64,000 nt of DNA from assembly GCF_963853765.1 (NCBI RefSeq), contig NC_088856.1, forward strand, positions 32,550,001 through 32,614,000, in the 5' to 3' direction. The notes under the pieces are model-generated. The model ran no database searches, was not told where the DNA came from, and was given only the letters and a program-made list of their open reading frames with translations. The translations under genes and the position numbers were made by a program. Of the stretch, positions 46,532-58,500 are shown one piece after another; position 1 is the first letter of the stretch, and each line of letters opens with the position of its first letter. This DNA is from Magallana gigas. Lineage: Eukaryota.

Positions 46532-49500
46532 TCAAAGATCTGTCTGTAAGGGACTGGCTAGGGGTGCCTTTTCATCGTCGTCCTCTAGGTTACCATAGTG
46601 ATAATCGGTACATTTGTCGACGTTGACATAAGTACTTTGTATATTGGACCTATGCTGGCCCTGTTTCATCTTGTGCTCCAACACAGACAACATCTCCATG
46701 ATGGTCTTCACCAGGTCACTGAACTGTGGCCTGTCCGTGGGGTTAAACTCCCAGCAGTTCCTCATCACTGTATACCTGTAGATGTCATATCACATTACAG
46801 ACCATTACAACTTCTATCATTACATCATATAATCTCAGCATTCTGTGGCCAAAAGGTGTGTTCATTAATATTTGCCCCCCGGGGCTTGTATGACAAAACT
46901 GTTACACTGAAAAATTCATTACAGGGTGTGCAATTCATTGGAGTCAGGGGTCAGAAAATAGATATACTTACAGCGGGTCTGGACAGAATGGTGGCTGGGG
47001 CATCCGTCTGTTCTTTTTGATGTACCTTAGGACGTCCCAGTTGTCGACCTCTGGGTAAGGATTGACTCCCCGGGTCATCAGTTCCCACAGCACCACCCCA
47101 AAGGACCACTGGAAATAGACCTCAGCATCACTACACCGACCACTCAGTCACTCTGAGGTTTGTCCTATATCTTATTGCTAGGCGATATCTAAAATCAGCT
47201 ACCACTAGAACTAAGTTAAACGAACTCTGTGTTAAATGTTAATGTTTATATACCTGAACCTATTACCGGTATATCAGTTCTGAAGTAAGCATTGTATTCA
47301 AGGTTATTGTTTGACTTGTATAAGAAAGGTTTCATCGTCTCGCAAAAAGCTGTTTTCACCTTTCCAATCCTAAATCTGGTTTGGGTAAAATCAAATACTA
47401 GATTTTTACCATAACGTCACATTGTCACAAGAAACATACCTCATAGTTTGCTGAATCCGACAACAATACAGTAATGGTGTGGGAGGAGCCCATTATATAG
47501 CATTTTTGAGTAAGTTTTCTCGTTATGTCACAAATGAGATAATTTTATTACTATGTCCTGAAAATTGCTGAATCACATCGGAAATAGTTATATTGCCCTC
47601 CTGGGAAAAGTTATATTTCACAGGAAATGGTTATATTGCCCTCCCGAAACTGATATATCACCCTCGCGTGCAATCATTCTGCATATTTATTACGTCGGGT
47701 TTGAAATTTAGCTTGGCAAATAAACAGTTCCTCGAAAATAAAAATGTCTTGACAGTGTCTGCTATTCACAGAAACTTACTTTAGTTGTTTAATTTGAATA
47801 AAAATGTTCTTTTTGAAAGCTCCGATCGACATTTTACAGGAAAATGAATTTGTAAGATATGAAGATGCATTGATAATTAAAATACACATGTTAATGAGAT
47901 AAATATATTCTTAAACATATTTTTATTTTTAAAAATGTTATATAACATATATTACATGTCATCTCGGGCGACAATACCAGAATATTTGTCCCTTGGTGAC
48001 AGGAAAGCCCTGGAGTGTTATGTCCCCCTCTGCCTTCGGCATCCGGCAACATAAACTCCAGGGCTTTCCTGTCACCTCGTGGCAAATATTATACATATAT
48101 TACATGGCTTCGAGGGCGACATACCAGAATATTTGCCCCGAGGTGACAGGAAAGCCCTGGAGTGTTATGTCACCCGATGCCGAAGGCAGAGGGGGACAAA
48201 ACACTCCAGGGCTTTCCTGTCACCGATGGACAAATATTCTGGTATTGTCGCCTGAGAAGACATGTAATATGTTATATAACATTTTTAAACAAATCAAACT
48301 CGGGTTATCAACATATTTATTTAATTCACAAGGCAGAGGCAAATGTTTTTAGAAGGCTCACGCTTGAGTTTATCACTTTCGTCGTATTTGCCAAATTTTT
48401 TTCATCAGTTAAACTATCGAGTTTGAACAAACCACAGACATTGGCCTGACATGTTTAAAATTCGCGGATCTGTTTTGCTTAGCAACTGGCTCGTTGAATT
48501 TCGAACCCGACGTAATCAATATGCAGAACTCTTGCATGCGATGGTGATATTACAATTTCGGGAGGGCAATATAACTATTTCCTGTGAAATAAAACTGTTG
48601 CCAAGGAGGGCAATATAACTGTTTCCGGTGTGATTCAGCAATTTTTAGGGCATAGTAATAAAATTATCTCATTTGTGACATAACAAGAAAACTTGTTCAA
48701 AAATGGTATATACTGGTATGTCGCCCTCGAAGCCATGTAATATATGTATAATGTTATCTAGTACACAGTGTTCCTGGCAGACCTTCCATACTCACCACAT
48801 CTGACTTGGAGCTGTAGGTTCCCTTCTCCAGACTCTCTGGAGCCATCCATTTCACAGGGAGCTTACTCTTCTTGTTGTCACTGCTGTAGTAATCTCGCTC
48901 ATAAATGTCTCGAGATAGACCAAAATCGGCCACAATGGCTCGGTAGTTCTCATTCAGCCTGAAAAAGACCCCAGAAGATGCATGTACTCATTTCTTGTCA
49001 AATGACTTTAAGCTAAGTTTTATAAGTACATTTGAACACTGGATAATATACTTACATGCAGTTTCTGCAGGCTAAGTCTCTGTGAACCACCTTCAGCAGA
49101 GATAGGTATTCCATTCCCTTGGCAATGTCGACGGCAAACAAGATGAGGTCCTTAATTGTGGGATTCTAAATATCAAATGCACAGTACTGCATTATCCAAA
49201 AGCTATCCAAAAGCTACTTTCACAGTTTCTTTGTAATCATATTGTCAATTAACTAACTGTACATAAAGCAGCAAATCATTTTAAATCCTATTGGATTCTC
49301 ATTTCTAAATCATATACAATACACAGATCTAAAATTATCTTTCTCTCTTATATATTTCAAAGATACACTAATTATGGTAACATTTAGCACCATCTTTCTC
49401 ATCAGCTGATTAGTGTTACCATTTAAGGTAAAGGTCCATACCCCACTTGATAAATAAAATGCGTACAGATTTTTTTCATATTTTTCAAACATGTATATGA

Positions 49501-52500
49501 GCATATGTTCTTATCAAATTTTACTCAGTTGGCTGGTCCATCGGTATCATTAAAGCTATGGCCGTGGCTAAAAATAGAACCATTTGCGGAAAACGGCGCT
49601 TGTTTCATACATAATGAATCTAAGCCTAAGCCTGAAATTAAACTTTCACAAGATCATTTTTTGACTTGTATCCAATGTAAAATGAAGGAATTATCATTTT
49701 AAAACAAATAATTTTTTGTTCACTTGCTTATTTATTAAAATATAGATAAATCTGCTAACAAATGAGATGAAATGAATCAAATTTTCAAATCGAATTTAAG
49801 CTCTTGTAATTTTATTTACGTACAGAATTCTCTGATATATTGATATTATTTACCCCCTAACGTCCTTAATCAATTGGAAATAAAATTACCCAAAGGACCG
49901 GCCTTTTCAGGATCACAATGGGCGTATTTTTGGTAAAAAACATTAAAATATATATTTTGAAAAAAGATCCGTAAAAATAAAATTGTGCATAGGTTTATTA
50001 TTTCATCACTCTAAAAAAATATGTTTAGTTTATTGTTAAATAGAAAACATGATTTAAACAAACTGTTGATTAATCTGTATTATTTAAATCGCAAAAGATG
50101 GTTTCTTTTGGAATCTTTAAGTATAATGGATCGAGATCGGTATTTAGAAATTGCAGTCACACGCGTGGATAATGCTAACTACCTGATATGCTTTTAAGAC
50201 AAACCTCTATTCAACCTTTTTTTAACTGGTTTAAAGACTGTTCTTAAAATGAAATAACTTTTCTTCAGCGTATGGTTTTAATTCTTAAAACATTTTTTGT
50301 GTGGAAAATATATATATGCTCGTTGCTAAGCGAAAAGGATAAATATGATATCAGTCAAATTATTTCCCCTTGTGTATTTATCTCCCTTATGCACTGGAAT
50401 AGATCTCGGTCAGGATTTCATTTTGGGTGTTTATGGACTTTCGGGGATTAATGTTCAAATATTTGGATTAAATTCAACCTTATAATGCATTGATGTTTAT
50501 GCAGGAAAACAGTAAGAGGTCTATATTTTCAAAACGAGTACGCAATCGACACAACCCAGTCAAGTTTTCATTTCGGTGATTAATAGGCCTAATTGATTGC
50601 AGTTGTCAGTATTTTGAATAGCTTTGTTTTGAATCAATTTCTAGGTCAGCTTGATTTCAGAACAAATTAGACCCGGCCTCGTTAAATTACACCTTTTAAC
50701 GCTAGCTCTCAATTAGATCGGGCACGGACAAGACGTAATAACGCGTGAATTACGTCAGACGTTGTTTTGTGACGTATGGATAATTACCTTAACTGCACAT
50801 TTAAAGCTAAGCTTCAAAGTGTTATTTCTTTTTAATCAATATCTGTGCATTTTAACCTAGCAGAATCGAATGTGTGTACATGAATTAGCAGACAAGAGGT
50901 CTTTCAAAAACATGTTCAAATCAGTAGTGGCATCTTCTTCAAAACATGGGAAACTTTAATGTACTCTGTATCAAAAATGACAGAAAAAGTGAGCAAGTTC
51001 ACATACCCCATGCTTCCCCATTACTTGATAATGATGTACATAATGAATGGCAAGGTATGCATAAAATAATTTGATAAAGCGTATGACTCGCCAAAAAAAT
51101 ACCTGCAAATATGCAGATCTATTCCTTTGTCTTAAGAAACCTAAATAATTCTATTTTCAAAAGGGTTGAAATTCACAGGGTAAAAAAGGAATCAGAATTT
51201 TCTGGTAATATGCATATCTACACATTGTGATCTAAATACCTACAAAGTTTCATGAAATTTCGTGCAGCGGTTTAAGAGGAGTTTTGCTTACAAAAAAAAA
51301 AAGAACTGACAGATTGACTGAAGGACTGACTAACTGACTGACAGACCAGTCAAAAATTTTATACCCGTCACAACTTCATTGCGTGGGGAATAATTAGAAA
51401 TTCACTAAATAATGCGAACTTAAATTGCATTTAGAGTACACATAGAGATGGATTTCACCTAGTAATTGCCCCTGCCCCCCTACACCCCCACCCAAGTTAC
51501 CGGTAATGACTTACTTCATGCTCATTCCTGATGTAGGTCAGCAGATCTCCATGCTCCATGTAGGGCAGGATGACCAAGGGCATGGCGTCGTAGTTGAAAC
51601 AGATCCCTATGAGGGTCAGTACATTAGGGTGATGGAAGTCCTTCATCCTCATGGCCTCGTCAATGAACTGAGATATATCTATCTCTCTAGGACTGTTCTC
51701 TGTAAGACAATTAACAAGATCGAATCAAGCCATGAAACCACACTTCTACAGATTTAGAATAAATGTTGTAGAAGTTAATTGTGAAATCAAAAATCAACAC
51801 TTACGATGCAGAGTTTTGACTGCCACCATGAGTTCCGTTTTGGATTCTGGATATGTTATATATCCTTTGTACACACAGCCAAAGTGCCCTGAAAATAGAA
51901 AACAATTATGGTAAAAATACTACGTTTACTTCATCATAAAAATGTGGTAATGGTTTTTCTATATAATTAGCTCACAGACAGCAATAAATCCTGGACATAT
52001 GTCTGACCTCTGCCAAGGATTTCACCCATGGTCAGCCAGTCGTGTTCTATCAGCAGTTTCTTGTCACGTAGCACCAGCAGTGTTGACTCATCCAGTACTA
52101 CCGTGGGTCCATCTGTCTCCGATAGACCAGCAGCTCCATCCTCACGACTCTCCGATGCATGACGCTCTTGATAGTCTGAAAATCAGAAAAAACTAAATCA
52201 AGTGTGCAAATGATCATCTTTGTTTGTCAGGCTTTAACTTTTTCATCTTTAATAAAGTTGCTTTTTTGTCCATGGAGTGCCCGGTATATCACAGTTGAAC
52301 ACTTACAGTTTGCTCTGTTCTCTCTGCTTTCAAAATCAAAGGTCGTTCCATCTGGGTTGAGTCCGCTGAACCTCACCTGGCCCTGACCATTGGCGTATCC
52401 AGCAGCGTAACCTTTCTTCCTGAACACACCCAGCTTCCTCTTCTTCATCACGATGATAAGTACGATGATGAGGATGAAGACAATGACAAGGACTACGGAG

Positions 52501-55500
52501 ATAACAATGATAAGAGTCGGTGGACCACTGGAGGGACCCCCCACATACTGTAGTCTCCCAATGGTAAACTGCAAATACTGGCCCACTTTGACCTAAAAAA
52601 AATTATATAATCACATTGATAAACTTTCTCTCAAACTGCTTTTATAGAAGACAAGACTTAAATGATGAAGGAGTAACTGAACAACAAATGGGCTTATGAT
52701 AGACTTGGCGGTGTACTTGCCTGTACTGTATAGTCGATCTTCTCATCAGTCTCTGTTGGCTTGTTCTGAGGTTTACAGTACAACATCTTGCTCTTCAGGA
52801 GATACACCTTACACATACTTTTGCCAATGGTGACAATGGCATCTTTAGGGGCTATCCCTTTGTCAATATGTTCACCCTAGAATTTGAATAAAGATAAACA
52901 TAATGTATGGTATTTTTGGACATCTATTCACAATCTATTCTCATACTTTTGACTCTATTTTGATACACTTTAAATTCCTAATTAAACGTGAGGAATTAAT
53001 ATTCCCCTTAAATTGAGAGATGCACATCTCGCATAATATAAAATCTCGCTTTAATTTTTTAAATGGATTTAAACTATTTTGAATTGTGATAAAAATTTGG
53101 CATTTGATATTTTTGTGATTTGATGCAAAACCATTAAATCTTGGAATTAAGTACTTGAATAAAATAAGGAATCTACAATACTTGAATGTGAATGTATTCA
53201 TGAATAAACCCCATTTGGGACTGTTTATGAAAATAAATGACCAGTATATATTGCTTTTACAATAAATTTTGATCATCTTGTGGGATTATTACACCATCTA
53301 AAGACAATGTGTCTTAAATACATCAAAAATGTATGTACATGTAAGTTACCTTGAGAATGAGAACATCCTCCGATATATCAAAGAGCCGAACAGAGTCAAA
53401 CTTCTCAAAGGTTGGGTCTGGGTAGTAGGTGAATCGACTGAGGGCGTAGTGGAATTTATCAAGCTCTCTGAGTTCTCTGATATCATCCATTTTGAACCAA
53501 ACAGAGGCTATCTCGGGTAAGTTGGGATCTACCGGTCCAGACAACAGGTTCTTGATACTGGGAGTGGAGCAGGTCATCATGGTGCCATCAGCAGAAGACG
53601 TGCAAGTCTGAAATCAACGGAGAACAGGTCTGTAAAATGGATGGGAGAACAAAGAATTCTGAATATTTTTCCAAAAACAAACATTCATTGTAGTTTCCCA
53701 CTACAAGGGACTAACAGTTTTTGAGTGTCTTGATAGCCACGTACAAACCTGAAATTGAGAGTTTTTCCCCTTTACTGTGGCTGCAATCTGTGGTTGCTGC
53801 ACGACATTCAGATTGGTTCCTTTAACCAAAATTTCTAGACCCCCACTGAAATTCAAAATGATTGATTATATCTACATTAATGAATAAGATTAATCACAGA
53901 AACTAACAGAATGAAAAATCCATCACTTCTTTATACCTGACAATGGAAGTTTTGGGTTGTATGCTGGTGATTGTAGAATCATTGACATAGGCAAACATCT
54001 GTGAGCTGGACGTGTTACTGCTGTCGATTTGAACTCTGACATAGGCCGCTGTAACTAGGGATGGATACGTAGCCTTCAAATCAGAGGTTTCATAACGGAT
54101 CTCTGAGGTAGCCATTTTCCCAGTGAGGCACAAAATAGCTGTACTGTTTTTCCTGAAATCATTTTTACTTCTAGTATTATTACAGTGAGAAAAATACTTG
54201 TGTTTAATTGGGTATAAAACAATAGTTCTAATTATATAATCAGAATACTTGATTACTATAGGTACAATCAATCGTAGCCTTGTAAATCTGTGTAAGAGTA
54301 TAATGCCACCTCTGAACACTGCATTCTGTTGCTCCAACAAACACGGCCAGATTTGAACCAATGTCCAGGTTCTTTCCCTTGATCAATAATTCTGTACCCC
54401 CAGACACTGGTCCCAGGGGTGGGAATATTCCTTCCACAGTTGGAACCTGATAACACAATATTGAAAAATAAAATACAAACATACTTTTAAAAAATCTTTA
54501 AGAAAAAATGAAAAATGAAAATGTACGTGGATCAACTGTACCTTATAATGAAACTGATGTCCTGCGGATGTCCCATTTATTTTATATTCGGCTGTGTATC
54601 GATCCTCTACCTCCAGTAACACTGGCGCTAGGCCAGAGGTTTTAGAGGCGGGAGTCCTACACTGCAACCTGTCAGAAACAAGGGGTCAAGGGTCAGTTTT
54701 AATATCAAAGTCTTTCATTTCATATTAAGTTTTTTGGATTGCTTTTAGGAGTGGATTAAAAAAAACTGCATATCTATCCAAGAAAGAAACTAATCAAAGT
54801 TTTCATTGGTTTGAAAATAACCAATGAACTAATGTACATAGTCCTCAAAATTATGAACTTTACTTAATCCATGATAATTGCTGCCCACAAATAATGAAAC
54901 CAGAGCATGTATCAAATTGGCAAGTGTATAGTTGGAAAGAAACACCAAAGCCAGCACTTCACTAAAGGACTAATAAGAAGTACAACCTGACCGACTTACA
55001 CATTCATATCTCTGCTTTCTATATTGCATTCACTACCATTTATTGAAACTTTGACCGTGGCTTTTGCAGAACCAAAGTTTATTCCTTTGAGAGTCAACTT
55101 AGTTTGTCCTTTAGTTGGTCCAACCATGGGAGACATCTATAGTGAAAATATATAAAATGGTGTTACTTGTAATTCTTTGCATATATACTAGTGTATTATG
55201 GTGTTGTTTTTTTTATTGATAAACAATTCATTAAATACCAAATGCGATTTGAGACTTTTATATTTTTTTACTGGATATGCGTATACATACCGGTATTAAA
55301 CTAATATAGCAAGGAATTGATAAACAATAATTAGATACCGAGGTTTGAGACTAATTGTATATAATTTACTGGTGCACAATATTCCAAGCAATCATATTGA
55401 CAAACTGGTATGTACCGTAACCTAACATCAGGTAACACAACTTACCTGTGAGATGACAGGTGGGCAGGTGTCATTCTGCCACTGCACTGGGGGGTTGAGG

Positions 55501-58500
55501 CACTCTGTGTGTAGGGAGCAGTGGTCCCCACACCAGCCACACCCCGCGGGGTCCCGACTCATCACACAGGCCTCACAGGTACTATACCCATCACAAGTAT
55601 ACAGGGGGAACCTGTACAGCTGTAATACAATGACAGGCATAGCAATCAAGGTACAGTGTAAAACAGGGACCAGCATAACATGGTACAATGTACATCAAAA
55701 TCACCATTCTAATATTCAACACTGTAGTTTTGAAGGGAAAAAAACCAAGAGGCCTATGGTACTTATTGCTCACCTTAGTATACTTCAGCCATGTAAAGGA
55801 TTTATAGATATTAACCCCTTCACGGTAACTGCGGTACTGCTCTTTTGCAGGGCAAAATGACATAATTTGGTGGAATATGACGTAACATCAATTGTTTCAA
55901 TTACGTCATTTAATCATCTACTTACTAAAATTTCGGTAAAGTATATCAAATTGCCCTGCAAGAGAGCAGTACTGCAGTTACCGTGAAGAGGTCTATTCAT
56001 TTGATAATTTTAATTCTTTCATACGTATTTTTTTTATAATGATGCATGACTAGTGGGATATAAAAAATTGTACTCTGCATAGCTGAAGAGTAATAGGAAA
56101 GTTGTACAATTTGTACAATTTAGCTGACCAAAAATAGTCTTCACAGAATAAAGTCTCTGCACACAAAGATTTTTTTCCTCAAAACAATGCTTAATCGATT
56201 TGATAGTAAATGCATGCAAAAATTTTTTGGCATGTGTTGATATTGCTAAAGTGTTTTCATTTTATTTGATATCCTTTATAACTAAATATATATATATAGT
56301 ATAAGAATACACGCTTTATAATATACCCAAAAAAGAACATGCGCAATGCTACTGTATACTGGGAAATATTCGCTCCCCTTTTAATTTTTCGCAACTTTCG
56401 CCCTCGTTGTCAGCGGGTGAATTTTAGACTAGGCAAATTCTGATGTCTTCAATTATTTCTCTTTAAACAGTAAACACAACTGTGTCTGGGGGAATTCAAT
56501 AAAGGGCAAAACTGCTTGCAAGTGTAAAAAGGCAAAAATTACACAAGTCAAAAATAACCCTGTATACAGTACCTCTCTTGGGTTTTAAATCTACCTCTTT
56601 GTCACCACTGATGTATAGTAAAACATGGTAAAATAATTATCACTGTTATCACCATTATTACAGTATACAACTTTAAAATAATGATCACTTTCACACAGTA
56701 CAGCTGTAAAACAAAGATCTTTTCCACACTGTAGCTGTAAAACTATGATAACTACTGTGGTTTCATCAATATTCGTTGAATACCAATTTTCGTGGATTTC
56801 GTTGTTAAGTTGATCCACGAAATTTAATGTTCATTGAAGTGCAATTTCTGTTATCATTTTGTATTGATAGGGTCATTGGCCTCGAATTTACGTATCCTTG
56901 AAACTGTGATTTTCACTTTAACCACGAAAATTGATACCCTTGAATATTAATGAAACCACAGTATTCAACATCACAGCTTTTAATTAATTAATGATCACTA
57001 TTGCACGGTGCAACTATAAAACAAGAATTTGAAAAAGGGGAGATAATTTGAGTTTTGTTACAATCATGCCCTTTCTACCACCCTTTCTCTATGAAAGAAT
57101 TTAGACTTTACAAAGATCATGGAGGAGAGTTCCACTTCCCTGGGCTCAAGGGTCTTCACCTCCCCCCCCCCCTCAAAAAAAATCCAAAGCTTATGCGAAC
57201 ACTTAAAGAAACTGCTGCGGGCTGTCCTTGCTAATTAGCTTTTAAATCTTTAAAAAATCTTTTATACATTGAAGAACAGCAAATTCATTTAATTGTACAA
57301 CTTGTACTCTTTTTAAGTTCACAATCTAAGGTAAGCTTAGATCTTGATGTTTACATTTTACAAAGTTCAAATTTGTTCCGCTTCAAATTCTGGATTTTAA
57401 TTAGGACTTATTTTTGCTGATAACTAATAAATTAATACTAATTACCAAGAAAATAAGTCCCAGTTGGCATAGTTTAATTAACTACAATGTTTATAATATC
57501 TCAAACAATTATAGACTATTCTCACCCCATTTTCCTGTATTATATATAGCACAACCAATTGAGTCCATATTTTTAGTAGTATTACTAGTTTAAATGATGG
57601 ATATGTTTTTTAGGTTAATTAACACTCACAGTTTGGTCAGCTATGAGGAAGACATGCCTATTGTCATGGCTGACTTCTGTCTGGGTAGATAGAGGTTTGT
57701 CAGTTACATTCCAGCTTGTCAGATAATGGACCTTTGTCTCCCTTTCAAACCAGATCTGTATATTTTGAAAGACTTATATACCAGTAAATGTTATTTAAAA
57801 TTTTCATTTTTGATAAAGTAATGAGTATACTATTAATGCTGCAAACAATCATATAATCAAATCAATCATCAAAAAATATGCCTTTATGACATATCCCTTT
57901 TTAAGTTATAGGGCCTATTGAGTCTCTAATTTAACCAATATATGATATGATAAGAAATGATGTACATGTATGCCTTTTATAGGCATTTAAATTACTATGT
58001 ACAAAACAGAAAAATATATAAAGATCATAAAAAAGAGATATAATTGTTAAGGTACTTCACTACACCGAGACTTATACTTTTTAAGACACTACGTCACAAG
58101 ATGGCGATTTAAATGTTTTGTTAATCTGTTTGTATCAATCGATTCAGATGTATATCGTCATAGCTCAGTGGTTAAAGTATCAGGCTTGTGAACCGCAGGT
58201 AATGAGTTCGAATCCACCTGAGGCTTTTGTTCATGTTTACTGAATGACATTTTTGAAAATAGCATTTTTTGTCTAAAATTGTACATTTTTCGCCTCTTTG
58301 ATATATATAATTCTTATCCATCATTCTTTCTATCATAATCAAGTAAATTTCTGCTGATTTGAGAAACTATTTCAAGGTGTAGTGAGGTACCTTAATGCAT
58401 ATGAATTCCTTTTTATGGACTTTTTCAGATATTGGTTGTTACCTTTGAAACCTGCCCAGTATTAGAGCCCAGAATGGCTACTCTATCTCTGTTTTGATTT

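Noticed and set aside
47891-48449. ORFs 47891-48085, 47993-48352 and 48162-48449
   Set aside because: They are GC-richer repeat sequence inside the palindromic element, with no transposase motifs.
58157-58224. Functional tRNA gene
   Set aside because: The A/B boxes are present, but the acceptor and anticodon stems pair poorly and the segment lies inside a TIR element, so it is treated as tRNA-derived.
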